Shown: positions 28,699-38,960 of the stretch, in pieces
Layout of the letters: the number at the start of each line of letters is the position of its first letter
Numbering within the stretch: position 1 is the stretch's first letter
From: Zavarzinia sp.
GTDB lineage: Bacteria; Pseudomonadota; Alphaproteobacteria; Zavarziniales; Zavarziniaceae
Direction: 5' to 3'
NCBI GenBank assembly: GCA_025869435.1
Contig: JAOZVS010000089.1
Span: 3,744 to 67,743 of the forward strand
DNA length: 64,000 bases
Program-made: the position numbers and the translations under genes
The notes under the pieces: model-generated
Databases searched by the model: none
What the model saw: only the letters and a program-made list of their open reading frames with translations
What the model was told of the DNA's origin: nothing

Positions 28699-29147
28699 GA
28701 TGTCTCCGGCAAGGACAGGCTGACCACTTCGAGGTCCCGGCGGCCGCTCGGCCGCGACCATGTCACGATATCGCCGATAGCGGCGCCGAGCAGCGCCCGG
28801 CCGAGGGGCGAGGAACAGGACAGATGCCAGGTCGCCGGGTCGGCCTCGTGCTCCCCGACCAGGGTGACGGAGAATTCGGCGCCCTCCGCGTCGGCGACGC
28901 CGACGACGGCGCCGAAACAGGCGGTCGCGGGCACGGCGGTCAGCGCCGGCACGATCTCGGCCGCGGCGATCACCGCGTCGAGGCGCGCGCGCTCGTTCGC
29001 CGCTTCCTGGCCCTCCTGACCGGTCAGACCCGCGCGCCGCGCCCGCAGCGCCGCGAGACCCCGGGGCGAGATGCGGTGCGGCGCGACCAGGGGCCGCTCC
29101 ACCTCGGCCGTCGCCGTATCGTCTTCCTTCACGAATGCCCGGCTCAC
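28695..29147 (-). CDS. GreA/GreB C-terminal-domain protein (short form)
   Basis: MSRAFVKED start, FGAVV, LVGEHEADP, SSPLGRALLGA.GD. Confidence 0.82.
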   Translation of the reverse strand: MSRAFVKEDDTATAEVERPLVAPHRISPRGLAALRARRAGLTGQEGQEAANERARLDAVIAAAEIVPALTAVPATACFGAVVGVADAEGAEFSVTLVGEHEADPATWHLSCSSPLGRALLGAAIGDIVTWSRPSGRRDLEVVSLSLPETS

Positions 29148-29266
29148 CCGCTGTCCGCTCCCCGCGTCGTCACATCCCGGTCATCCTAGCAGCCTGTGGC
29201 GCGGATCATAGACGGCACGGGGGCCTGCATGATTTCCTGCCGTCAGGATCACAGGACCCCACCACC

Positions 29267-30142
29267 ATGAAGACCACGCCGGCCCGCTTCCTTCTCGCCC
29301 TTGCCCTCGCCGTGGCATCGGCGGGCCCGATTCGGGCGGATGAACGCGGTAGCCGCCTGGGCGCCGCGATGGATGCCGAGGCCGATGTCGCCGACATCGC
29401 CCCCCTGCCCAAGCATCCGGGCGGCGCCGCCCCGCCCGCCGGCAAGCCGGACCGGCGCAACCGCGACCGGGCGGGCGGCGATCCGGCGGAAGTCGCCGGC
29501 CTGCCGCCCCTGCCCCTCGCGGCGATCGGCGTCGTCGATTCGCCGAACAGTTTCTGTACCGGCACGGTGATCGGTCCCCGTATCGTGCTGACCGCGGCGC
29601 ATTGCGTCTTCGACGAATATGGCAACGTCAAGCTGCCGGAATCCTTCCTGGCCGGCCATGGCGACGGCGGCACGCAGGTCGAGGCCGGGATCGTCGAGGC
29701 CTTCGTGCCCCCGCGCTTCAACCTCGAGACCTTCAACAAGACCAATGATATCGACGGGCTGGACTGGGCCATCCTCGAACTCGACCAGGATATCGGCGAG
29801 ATCACCGGCATGGTCGAGATCGCGGCTTTCGACCGCAAGGCGCTGAAGGCCTACGACGGCGGCAGCCGCACCTTCGTCCAGATCGGCTATGGCGAGGAAG
29901 ATGGCGACCGGGTGACGATCCGGCGCGACTGCACCGTGATGGAAGCCTGGGACGACGGCACTTTCGGCCATGACTGCGGCAGCGTCTCGGGCGATTCGGG
30001 CGGCCCCGACCTCGCCCTGATCGACGGCCGCTGGCAGATCATCGGCATCGAATCGGCCGAGATCGACACCGACAACCTGCATGGCGTCGACATGGCCGTC
30101 TCCGCCAGTTCCTTCGCCCGGGAGGCCGCCCGCCACCGCTGA
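29267..30142 (+). CDS. Secreted trypsin-like serine protease
   Basis: Signal peptide; CTGT, LTAAHC, DWAIL, GDSGGP catalytic triad. Confidence 0.92.
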   Translation: MKTTPARFLLALALAVASAGPIRADERGSRLGAAMDAEADVADIAPLPKHPGGAAPPAGKPDRRNRDRAGGDPAEVAGLPPLPLAAIGVVDSPNSFCTGTVIGPRIVLTAAHCVFDEYGNVKLPESFLAGHGDGGTQVEAGIVEAFVPPRFNLETFNKTNDIDGLDWAILELDQDIGEITGMVEIAAFDRKALKAYDGGSRTFVQIGYGEEDGDRVTIRRDCTVMEAWDDGTFGHDCGSVSGDSGGPDLALIDGRWQIIGIESAEIDTDNLHGVDMAVSASSFAREAARHR

Positions 30143-30163
30143 CCGGGGTCTCCAAACCGGGGC

Positions 30164-30838
30164 TCAGTCCCCGGCGCCGCGCCCCAGCAAGGCCGTGGTA
30201 CAGCCCGGCGCCCCGCTCAGCTTCGCGCGAAGGGCCATGTCGTCGGCCGACAATTGCAGCTCGAAGCCGACCATGACATAGCCCGGCGGCTTCTCGATCC
30301 AGCCATCGGGATAGAAGACCATGGCGCGGTCGCCCGGCCCCGGCGCCGGCCCGGTGACGCGGAAGCGGCCGGCGGGCACCCCCGGATTGGATTCGACCGG
30401 AAAGAACGACACGACCGCCGATATCTCGCCGCCGGACGGCGGATCGAAGGTAAAGGTGACCCCGGTCAGACCCTGCGCGCAGGTATAGGTCCCGGACCAG
30501 ATCCCGGCGAAACCATGCGCGGCGCCCTCGGGGGCCGCCTCGGCGGGAGCGGGAGCGAGAGCGGGGCTCGTCGGGGCGGCCGGGGTCGGCGGCCGGCTGG
30601 GCCGGAGGGAAGATGTGCCGCCATCGGGCGCCGCCGGCTCTTCCGCCGCCGGGGGCACGACCGTTGGGGGCACCGGAGCCGGGGTCTCGGGCGCGGGGGT
30701 TTGCGGGGCGGGCGCGGCCTTGCCCGCCAGCCCGCCGAGAAAGCTGCCCTGGGCCCAGGCCGGGCTGGCCATGGCGCCGCCGCCAAGAACGATGCAAAGG
30801 CCGATGGCCGTCCAAGTCCGTCCAGTCACTATCCCCAT
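30164..30838 (-). CDS. Secreted hypothetical protein with Pro/Ala-rich linker
   Basis: Signal peptide ending AWA, Pro-rich linker, C-terminal domain WSGTYTCAQG...PGC. Confidence 0.7.
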   Translation of the reverse strand: MGIVTGRTWTAIGLCIVLGGGAMASPAWAQGSFLGGLAGKAAPAPQTPAPETPAPVPPTVVPPAAEEPAAPDGGTSSLRPSRPPTPAAPTSPALAPAPAEAAPEGAAHGFAGIWSGTYTCAQGLTGVTFTFDPPSGGEISAVVSFFPVESNPGVPAGRFRVTGPAPGPGDRAMVFYPDGWIEKPPGYVMVGFELQLSADDMALRAKLSGAPGCTTALLGRGAGD

Positions 30839-31081
30839 CTCCCCCGCGACGGCGCCGTCACTGCCCGCCATGCGGGACTGTTGCCACCATACAGCAAAGC
30901 GGCGACGCGTCCCAGCAAGCCCGACTTGACGACGCGGGAAGCAGGTCCATAAGGTCGGGGCTGCGCGCACCTTCTTGTGACCGGAAGAGGCAAGTGTGGC
31001 CCCGGTCACAGCGGGGGGGAAAGGCCGCGTGTTGAAATGGCGCACGGTCGATGACCGGCACCAATTTTAGGAGTGGACGGG

Positions 31082-31522
31082 ATGAATATCCGTTCTGTCG
31101 CGATGACGGCGATGCTGGCGGTTGCGGGGGTCGCAGCCCTGTCGGCGCCCGCCCTCGCCGAATACAAGGTCTGCAACAAGACGACGAAAACCACCTCGGT
31201 CGCCGTCGGCTATTACGACGACAAGACCCCGGATGGCGTCGAGAACGGCGTCTGGGTCTCGGAAGGCTGGTGGAACGTCGAGCCGGGCAAATGCGCCACG
31301 CCGATCACCGGCCCGCTGAAGGTCCGCTACGTCTATGTCTATGCCGAACATCCGGACGGCAGCGGCTGGGCGGGCGAGAATCCCTTCTGCGTGAAGGACG
31401 CAGAATTCACCATTCGCGGCAACGAGAATTGCGAGCGGCGCGGCTTCTCGTCCAAGAATTTCTCGGAGGTCGACACGGGCAAGGAGTCGAAATCCTACAC
31501 CACCAATCTGACGGACGATTGA
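31082..31522 (+). CDS. DUF1036 family secreted protein
   Basis: Signal peptide, VCNKT, WVSEGWWNVEPGKC, FCV, NCERRG, EVDTG. Confidence 0.88.
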   Translation: MNIRSVAMTAMLAVAGVAALSAPALAEYKVCNKTTKTTSVAVGYYDDKTPDGVENGVWVSEGWWNVEPGKCATPITGPLKVRYVYVYAEHPDGSGWAGENPFCVKDAEFTIRGNENCERRGFSSKNFSEVDTGKESKSYTTNLTDD

Positions 31523-31525
31523 CCG

Positions 31526-34036
31526 TCAAAAGCTGCCCGGCGGCAGATGACGCTTGGTCTTCGCCGTCGGCAGCGCGGTCAGCGGGTCTTCGGGCCAGGG
31601 ATGCTTGGGGTAACGGCCGCGCAGATCGGCCCGCACATCGGCATAACCCCGGCCCCAGAAGCTGACCAGATCCTGGGTCACCTGCACCGGCCGCCCCGCC
31701 GGGGACAGAAGGTGCAGCGTGACCGGGACCTTCCCCTTCGCGATACTGGGCGTCTCGCGCGCGCCGAACATTTCCTGCAGCTTGACCGCCAGCACCGGCG
31801 CCTGCCCGCTGCCGTAATCGAGGGCGTGGCGATTGCCCGACGGCACGTCGAGATGCGACGGCGCCTCGGCGTCGAGCGCCTGACGCCGCGACCAGTCGAG
31901 GCTGGCGGCCAGGATCTCGTGCAGGTCGAGGCGCCTCAACCCGTCCAGCCGGGAGATGCCGGCCAGATAGGGCAGCAGCCAGTCCTCGAGGCTTGCTTGC
32001 AGCGCCTCGTCAGACCAGTCCGGCCAGCGCCCCGCGCCGGGATCGAGCCGGTGCAGGAAATTCACCCGCGCCCGCAGCGCCGTCGCCGCCGGTGACCAGG
32101 GCAGGCTGTCGAGCCCCCGCGCCCGGATCGCGGCCAGAAGCGCCGCGCTGACGGCTTCCTGCGGCGGATTGCTCCAGACCGCGTCCTCGATCACGATCTC
32201 GCCCAGGCGCTTGCGGCGGCGGGCGCGGACCTGGCCGCTGGCGTCGTCGAAGGCGACCTGCTCCTCGGTGGTGATCTGCGCGGCAAAGAGATCCAGGACA
32301 TCGGCGGCGTCGAGCGGCGAGGCGAGATAGACCCGGCCATCCTTGCGGCTGCCGTCGAGCGACGCGATGGCCAGCCATTCCCGCGCGGCCAGCGGCTCCG
32401 CCGGGTCGAGACGGGCCGCCGCGCCCGAGGCCATCAGATAGAGACCGCCGCCACCCGGCCGGCGCCGCGCCACCCGCTCGGGATAGGCAAGGGCGACCAG
32501 ACGGCCGGTCAGACCCCGGTCGTCGGCCCGGCGGCCGTCGACGCCGAGGCGGCGGCACCATTGCAGGGCGGCCTGTTCGATCTGGCGCAGCAACCCGCGA
32601 TCGGCCCCGGCGCCCCCCCGTCCCTCGATCGCCTCGAGGCGCGGCGCCAGATCGCAATCGCGGTTCTGTGGGCCGAGGCGCAGCGGATCGCGCCCCTCGA
32701 TCAACGCCGCGATCCTTGCCGCCTGCGCCCCCTCGCCCAGCCGCTTGCCCTCGATCATCAGATGGCCGAGGCGGGGATGGGCGCCCAGCCTCGCCAGCGC
32801 CTTGCCGTGATCGGTGATCCGGCCCTGAGGATCGAGCGCCCCCAGATCTTCCAGCAGGCGCCGCCCTTGGGCATAGGCGCCGGCGTTGGGTAGATCGAGC
32901 AGACGCAGGCTTGTAGGATCGGCGATGCCCCACAGCGCGAGATCGAGGGCGACCGGCGCGAGATCCGCCAGCAGGATTTCCGCCGGCGTATGAGGCAGCA
33001 GGGCGCGGTGTTCCGCCTCGGTCCACAGGCGGATGCAGGTGCCGGGGCCGAGACGCCCGGCCCGGCCCCGCCGCTGTTCGGCCGAGGCGGCGGAAATCGG
33101 GCCGAGCACGAGGCGTCCCATGCCGGTGCCCGGATCGAAGGCGGCATGACGGGCGAGGCCCGAGTCGATGACGATGGCGACGCCTTCGATGGTCAGGCTG
33201 GTTTCGGCGATATTGGTCGAGAGCACGATCTTGCGCGTGCCCGGCGAAGCCGGCGCCAGGGCGCGATCCTGTTGGGCGAAGTCGAGATCGCCGTGCAGCC
33301 GATGCAGGACGACGCCCGGCGGCAGGCCGCCCTCCTCGATCTGGCGGGCCGCCTTCTCGATCTCGCCCCGTCCCGGCAGGAAGACGAGGATATCGCCCGG
33401 CAGATCCGCCAGCGCCCGGCGCACGGCGCGGGCGATCCGGGCTTCGAGCGGGGCTTCGTCCCGCCCCTCGGCCCAGCGGAGCGCCACGGGATAGGCCCGG
33501 CCTTCCGAGCGGACGACGGGCGCCCCGCCGAGAAGTTCCGCCACCCGAGCCCCGTCCAGCGTCGCCGACATGACGATCAAGCGAAGATCAGGCCGCAGGG
33601 CTTCCTGCGCTTCGAGGGCGAGAGCGAGGCCGAGGTCGGCATCGAGGCCGCGCTCGTGGAATTCGTCGAACAGGATGGCGGCGATCCCGTCCAGTCCCGG
33701 GTCTTCGACGATCATGCGGGTGAAGAGCCCGTCCGTGACGACCTCGATCCTGGTCTTCGGGCCGACCTTGCTGTCGAAGCGGACGCGGTAACCGACGGTC
33801 TCGCCCACCGCCTCGCCGAGGGTATCGGCCATGCGCCGGGCGGCCGCCCGGGCGGCGAGGCGCCTCGGCTCGATCATGATGATGCGCCCGCCGCCGGCCC
33901 AGGGCTGGTCCAGCAACGCGAGCGGCACCCGCGTCGTCTTGCCCGCCCCGGTCGGCGCCTCGAGAACAGCCGCCGCCCCCGCCCGCAGGACGGACAGAAG
34001 CTCGGGCAGGACATCGTCGATCGGCAGGTGATCCAT
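31526..34036 (-). CDS. hrpB: ATP-dependent RNA helicase HrpB
   Basis: APTGAGKTT, EPRRLAAR, DEFHER, MSATL, TNIAETSLTI, QRRGRAGR, GRYPKHPWPEDP. Confidence 0.96.
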   Translation of the reverse strand: MDHLPIDDVLPELLSVLRAGAAAVLEAPTGAGKTTRVPLALLDQPWAGGGRIIMIEPRRLAARAAARRMADTLGEAVGETVGYRVRFDSKVGPKTRIEVVTDGLFTRMIVEDPGLDGIAAILFDEFHERGLDADLGLALALEAQEALRPDLRLIVMSATLDGARVAELLGGAPVVRSEGRAYPVALRWAEGRDEAPLEARIARAVRRALADLPGDILVFLPGRGEIEKAARQIEEGGLPPGVVLHRLHGDLDFAQQDRALAPASPGTRKIVLSTNIAETSLTIEGVAIVIDSGLARHAAFDPGTGMGRLVLGPISAASAEQRRGRAGRLGPGTCIRLWTEAEHRALLPHTPAEILLADLAPVALDLALWGIADPTSLRLLDLPNAGAYAQGRRLLEDLGALDPQGRITDHGKALARLGAHPRLGHLMIEGKRLGEGAQAARIAALIEGRDPLRLGPQNRDCDLAPRLEAIEGRGGAGADRGLLRQIEQAALQWCRRLGVDGRRADDRGLTGRLVALAYPERVARRRPGGGGLYLMASGAAARLDPAEPLAAREWLAIASLDGSRKDGRVYLASPLDAADVLDLFAAQITTEEQVAFDDASGQVRARRRKRLGEIVIEDAVWSNPPQEAVSAALLAAIRARGLDSLPWSPAATALRARVNFLHRLDPGAGRWPDWSDEALQASLEDWLLPYLAGISRLDGLRRLDLHEILAASLDWSRRQALDAEAPSHLDVPSGNRHALDYGSGQAPVLAVKLQEMFGARETPSIAKGKVPVTLHLLSPAGRPVQVTQDLVSFWGRGYADVRADLRGRYPKHPWPEDPLTALPTAKTKRHLPPGSF

Positions 34037-34219
34037 GGCGGGTCCCGGTATCAGGTCGCGGCGGCTTGCGCAACTCTCCGCCCGCGAGCAAGCCACGCCC
34101 GGGCACCGCCAATGCGAATTCCCCCGCAGCGCCACTTGGAATATGGTTGTCCGGGCAAGATCAATTTTCGGGCGAATGACACAACGAGAACCCCGATCCA
34201 CGATTGCCGGAGGCACGCC

Positions 34220-36130
34220 ATGAAGATCGCCGCATCCATGTCCCGTCACGAGATCGCGCCGGTGAAAGCGCTGACGCTGGCGGAGGGCGAGGACGGAAGC
34301 CTCACCTACTATCTCCTGCAGGATGCCCGCACCGTCATCGCCGTCGCCATCGACGAAACCGGCGCCAGCGTGGGCGAGCCGGCAACCGTCGCCTCGGGGC
34401 CGTCGTTCAACTATGCCCTGGGTCTGCCGGACGGCACTGTCCTGGCCTTCGACACGACCATTTCCGTCGATGATCCGGGCAGTGGCTGGATCGACGTCGA
34501 GCTGACGCAAACGGCCAGTGTCATTGCCGGGGCGTCGAGGCCCGGGCAATATGTCTATTACGAATCCTATCTGGAAACAGAACCTTACCTAGAGGACGAA
34601 GACGGGAACGAATATTACTATTATCAACAAGAAAGAATGATCGATCAGGAATTTCAGGGCTTTGGCAATCTCGAATACTCCACGATTTATGTAGATTACA
34701 GAACAATATCGTATCATTTCTATTCCGGCCCAGAAGATTATACCGATTCATCGCGCCGTCTCGAATATGTCCATATCGATGGCGAGACCAATCCGTGGAC
34801 GGAGCTTGATCTGTCGACGGTGACCAACGGCAGCCTGTTCGCCGTCGCGCGGGACCGGGCCGGCGTCCTGTGGGTCGACGAGGTCGGCACCGACAGCCTG
34901 AAAATCTCCCTCGCCACCTTCGATAATGAGGGCGGGCTCATCCGCAAGACGGGGGAATGGATACCCTCCTCGTCGATCGAAGGCCATCCCGTGCTTCAGG
35001 GCTTCGGCGCGGTCGAGGCGACGGCTTGTCTCGACGGCACCTATGTCGCCGTCATCGAAATCGATGGCGGCGCCTATCTCGCCCGCTTTACCGCGGGGCT
35101 CGATCTGATCGGCACCGTGACCCTGATCGATGATGGCGCGAAACCAGCCGACCTGCTGGCCTTGCCCGGCGGCGGACTGATCGTGGTGACGGCGGCCGAG
35201 AACGCGGGCGGCGCGGTCAATCTTTACCTGCACGCCTATGACGAGGACCATGTCCTGTCCGATGTCTCGCAGATCTTCGTTGCCGGCGGGATGCCCTCCT
35301 GGCTGGATCTGCGGGCCTTGGACGACGGTCGCTTCATCCTGTCCTGGTCCGATCCGGCGGGCGCGACCTTCAACCAGATCCTGAAATTGTCCGGCGACAG
35401 CCTGCATGGCGACGCGAGCAACGACCTGCTGACCGGCACCACCGGGATCGACCGGCTGTGGGGCGAAGGCGGCAATGACGAGATCACCGGCCGGGGCGGC
35501 AACGACATCCTGATTGGCGGCGCGGGCACCGATATCCTGGTCGGCGGTCTCGGCGCGGACCGCATCGACGGCGGGACCGGCTACGACATCGCGCGTTTCG
35601 AACAGAAGGTCACCCTTGATCTCGCCGACCCGACCCGCAGCCGGGGCGAGGCGGCCGGCGACAGTTACACCTCGATCGAACAATATCGCGGGTCCGAAGA
35701 CGCCGACCGGATGGTCGGCGGCGACGGCGATGACATCTTCCAGGGCCGCGGCGGCGACGATGTCCTGTCGGGCGGGCGCGGCGACGACATTCTGATCGGC
35801 GGTGCCGGGGGCGATCTCTTGCGCGGCGGCGCGGGCGCCGACCAGTTCCGTTTCGACCGGCCGACGGACGGCGGCGACACGATCGCCGATTTCACTTCGG
35901 GCGCCGATCGCATCGCCATCCGGGCCAGCGGCTTCGGTATTTCCGAGATCGTGCTGGTCTCCGGCGCCGCCCCGGTGGCGACCGGCGGCGGCCCGCAGTT
36001 CCTGTTCCGGACCGAAGACGGTATCCTGTCCTTCGACGCGGATGGCGAAGGCGCGGGCAGCGCCGTCACCATCGCCACATTGACGGGTGTTCATGCCTTT
36101 TCGATCGGTGATTTCCAGCTTCTGGCCTGA
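34220..36130 (+). CDS. RTX-type calcium-binding secreted protein (T1SS substrate-like)
   Basis: No signal peptide; many GGxGxDxL nonapeptides in the C-terminal third, GEAAGDSY.SIE and D.I.DF..G.D.I motifs. Confidence 0.85.
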   Translation: MKIAASMSRHEIAPVKALTLAEGEDGSLTYYLLQDARTVIAVAIDETGASVGEPATVASGPSFNYALGLPDGTVLAFDTTISVDDPGSGWIDVELTQTASVIAGASRPGQYVYYESYLETEPYLEDEDGNEYYYYQQERMIDQEFQGFGNLEYSTIYVDYRTISYHFYSGPEDYTDSSRRLEYVHIDGETNPWTELDLSTVTNGSLFAVARDRAGVLWVDEVGTDSLKISLATFDNEGGLIRKTGEWIPSSSIEGHPVLQGFGAVEATACLDGTYVAVIEIDGGAYLARFTAGLDLIGTVTLIDDGAKPADLLALPGGGLIVVTAAENAGGAVNLYLHAYDEDHVLSDVSQIFVAGGMPSWLDLRALDDGRFILSWSDPAGATFNQILKLSGDSLHGDASNDLLTGTTGIDRLWGEGGNDEITGRGGNDILIGGAGTDILVGGLGADRIDGGTGYDIARFEQKVTLDLADPTRSRGEAAGDSYTSIEQYRGSEDADRMVGGDGDDIFQGRGGDDVLSGGRGDDILIGGAGGDLLRGGAGADQFRFDRPTDGGDTIADFTSGADRIAIRASGFGISEIVLVSGAAPVATGGGPQFLFRTEDGILSFDADGEGAGSAVTIATLTGVHAFSIGDFQLLA

Positions 36131-37049
36131 GCGCGCGCGCAAGGGGCGAGGTCGTTTCGCGGCTCTTCTCGCCGCGCTCTGCACCCTCGCCCTTGTCGGC
36201 GGCGCCGGCCATGGCGAGGTGTCGCCGGCCGCCAGCCCCGCCACGCGGGCGGCGGTAGCCCCGTCCCCCGACCTGCCCGGCCTCGTGGTCGCCAAAGCCG
36301 ACGACATCGCCCGCCGCATCCCGCGCCACCTCGCGCTCTATCGGCCGGCCCACAACCCCCGGGTGCTCATCCTCGATTTTCCCGATCTGGCCGCCCAGGC
36401 CCGGACCCTGAACCGGATCGCCGTTCTCGCCGAAATGAAGGGGGCGCCACGGGACCAGGTGCCGAACGATGCCGAGATACGCCGCCTGATCGCCGATGCC
36501 GGCCAATCCTACGACCAGTTCTATCTCGGCCACGATTATGATGCGGCCACCCTCGCCCGCTTCTTCAATCTGGCGCGCGGGGGCGGCCTTTCCGCCGAGG
36601 AGCGGCGCCTGCTGGACATCCTGCTGCGCAGCCGGGTGTTGCGCGTGACGGAGGCGGGCTTCGTCGCGCAGCGCCCGGATCAGGCCCTGATCAGCCTTGC
36701 CGCCACCGGCGGCCCCACGGACGCGGATATCGCCCTGCGCCGGGAAATCCTGCGCCACGAACTGGCCCATGGCGAGTTCTTCACCCACCTCTTCTACCGC
36801 GCGGCCTGCGACGGTTTCTGGCACCGCGGCCTCAATGGCTACCAGCGCGGGCTGTTCCTACGTTTTCTGGATCGGGCGGGTTACGACATCGGCAATCCCG
36901 CGCTGGTGATCAACGAGGTTCAGGCCTATCTCGGTTTCAGCGAGGATCCCGAGGTTTTCGGCGCCGATGCCCTTGGCGTCGACGACATCGCCCTTGCCGA
37001 ACTGAAGCAGCGTCTCGACGCGGCGATGCACGGCAGGCCCGCTTTCTAG
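36093..37049 (+). CDS. Secreted hypothetical protein, putative gluzincin metallopeptidase
   Basis: Signal-like N-terminus, HELAH at 36756-36770 and NEVQAY downstream; start overlaps the RTX gene 3' end and is uncertain. Confidence 0.65.
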   Translation: MPFRSVISSFWPERARKGRGRFAALLAALCTLALVGGAGHGEVSPAASPATRAAVAPSPDLPGLVVAKADDIARRIPRHLALYRPAHNPRVLILDFPDLAAQARTLNRIAVLAEMKGAPRDQVPNDAEIRRLIADAGQSYDQFYLGHDYDAATLARFFNLARGGGLSAEERRLLDILLRSRVLRVTEAGFVAQRPDQALISLAATGGPTDADIALRREILRHELAHGEFFTHLFYRAACDGFWHRGLNGYQRGLFLRFLDRAGYDIGNPALVINEVQAYLGFSEDPEVFGADALGVDDIALAELKQRLDAAMHGRPAF

Positions 37050-37199
37050 CTCCGCCCTTGACGCCCTGCGGTTATTCCACTGAAATCTGCTGCCACCCCG
37101 GGGGGTGATATTCGGTTGGTATTAGGGTGTCCTGACCGCTGGTCTGGCGTCGCGCCTCGCGCGGGACGTCCGGCGGGCGGCCAAGGGGGGGATTTTTCA

Positions 37200-38945
37200 A
37201 TGATAGGACCAGACCGGTTCGCCACCGGCTCTGCCATTCGTCGGGCCTTGAGCCCTGTCGCCTGGTTTTGCCTTGTCATCACGGTCGCGGGGACCGCCTC
37301 GGCGCAGCAACTGCCTTCGGGGGCGCGGCCATCGGTCGCCCCGGAAGCCCTGACACCACCCGCCGGCACCGAGGCGCCGGGGCTCGACCTCGTCACCAGC
37401 CCGGCCAGCCAGCCGCCCGCGGGCGCCGAGACCGTGACCCTGACGCTGACCGCCCTGACCGTCGAGGGCAATACCGTCTATGACGCGGAAACGCTGGCCG
37501 GCTTCTACGGCGACAGAATCGGCACCACGGTGTCTCTGTCCGACATTTTCGCCATCGCCGCCGCGATCGAATCTTCCTATCGCCGGGATGGCTATTTCCT
37601 CACCCGCGTCGTCGTGCCGGCCCAGCGCATCGACGGCGGCGCGGTCCGGCTGCTGGTCGTCGAGGGCTATATCCGGTCCGTGGCCGTCGCCGGCGATGCC
37701 GGCGGCGCGCTCGAACTCGTCAAGGCCATGGCGGCGCGGATCGAGGACAACGCCGGCCCGGCCCGTCTCGCCACCGTCGAGCGGCAACTGCTGCTGATCA
37801 ACGACCTGCCGGGCATCAGCGCGCGCGGCGTGCTGAGCCCCGTCGCCGGCGAGCGGGGCGCCAGCCAGTTGACCATCGAGGTGAACCACAAGGCGATCGA
37901 CGGTTTCGTCGCGACCGACAACCGCAGCTCCAAGATGCTCGGGCCGTGGAGCGCCACCGCCTCGGCCGGCATCAACAGCCTGACCGGCCTTGGCGAGCGG
38001 CTGGACCTGACCCTGTTCTCGTCGGTTTTCAGCGACCGCCAGCGGCTGGCCCAGGTCTCGGGCGAGTTCGCCCTGGGCAGCGATGGCCTGCGCCTTCACG
38101 CCTATGCCGGCTATGCCCCCGGGCGCCCGGGCGAGGCGCTCGAGATCCTCGACATCGAAACCGCGGCCAGCCGCTTCGGCCTGTCGCTGGACTATCCGGT
38201 GATCCGCAGCCGGCAATTCTCGCTGTCCACCCGCGCCGCCTTCGACTGGCTGGACGAGGATGACGAAATCCTGGGCGTGACCAACACCAGCGATCATCTG
38301 CGCGTGCTGCGCCTGATCACCGAAGGCGAATATCATGACGAGCTGGAGGGCGTGACCCGCGCCAGCGCCGGCCTTCATGTCGGCCTCGACGCCTTCGGCG
38401 CCTCGACCGCCGACGATCCCCATCCCTCGCGCGGGGATGCCGACGGCACTTTCGACAAGGTAACGCTGGAAGTTTCGCGCCTGCAGGGCCTGTTCTCCGG
38501 CGATTTCGGCTCGGTCAATCTGTTCGTCGAGGCTTCGGCGCAATATGCCCCGGGCGCCCTGCTGGCGGACGAGGAATTCCGCCTCGGCGGCTATCGCCTC
38601 GGCCGAGGCTACGCCCCCGGCGAGATCAGCGGCGACCGCGCCCTGGCCGGCAGCGCCGAAGTGCAGCTGAACGGCACCATCGATCACAGCGACGAATCCG
38701 GCCGTTTCCACCTGCCCTATCAGCTTTACGGCTTCTACGACGCCGGCAAGGTCTGGGATGTGACGCGGAGAGGGAGCGACAGCGCCGGCCTGACCTCGGC
38801 CGGGGCCGGCATTCGTCTCTATATCGCCGACGCCATCCAGGGCGAGATCGAAGTGGCCAAGCCCCTGACCCGCGACCGCGGCGACCGCAGCGGCGACGAC
38901 AGCCGCAACCCGGGTGTCTTCCTGCGCCTGTCCGGCAGCTTCTGA
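37200..38945 (+). CDS. TpsB (ShlB/FhaC/HecB) two-partner secretion outer-membrane transporter
   Basis: Signal peptide, POTRA motifs (YRRDGY, VPAQ, VVEGYI, LINDLPG), LGG...GRGY loop, FYDAG, terminal Phe. Confidence 0.93.
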   Translation: MIGPDRFATGSAIRRALSPVAWFCLVITVAGTASAQQLPSGARPSVAPEALTPPAGTEAPGLDLVTSPASQPPAGAETVTLTLTALTVEGNTVYDAETLAGFYGDRIGTTVSLSDIFAIAAAIESSYRRDGYFLTRVVVPAQRIDGGAVRLLVVEGYIRSVAVAGDAGGALELVKAMAARIEDNAGPARLATVERQLLLINDLPGISARGVLSPVAGERGASQLTIEVNHKAIDGFVATDNRSSKMLGPWSATASAGINSLTGLGERLDLTLFSSVFSDRQRLAQVSGEFALGSDGLRLHAYAGYAPGRPGEALEILDIETAASRFGLSLDYPVIRSRQFSLSTRAAFDWLDEDDEILGVTNTSDHLRVLRLITEGEYHDELEGVTRASAGLHVGLDAFGASTADDPHPSRGDADGTFDKVTLEVSRLQGLFSGDFGSVNLFVEASAQYAPGALLADEEFRLGGYRLGRGYAPGEISGDRALAGSAEVQLNGTIDHSDESGRFHLPYQLYGFYDAGKVWDVTRRGSDSAGLTSAGAGIRLYIADAIQGEIEVAKPLTRDRGDRSGDDSRNPGVFLRLSGSF

Positions 38946-38960
38946 GAGGGGGACGACATC

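Noticed and set aside
32990-34219. Long N-terminal extension of the RTX ORF, and the reciprocal extension of hrpB to 34549
   Set aside because: Each extension is the antisense shadow of the other divergent gene; plausible starts are 34220 and 34036.
34550-34750. Diversity-generating retroelement variable region
   Set aside because: No reverse transcriptase or template repeat is visible in this window, and the block is not C-terminal; kept only as a compositional anomaly.
37185-37191. G7 tract before tpsB as a phase-variation switch (also G7 at 31013-31019)
   Set aside because: Too short and expected by chance at this GC content; the tpsB tract probably acts as the SD.
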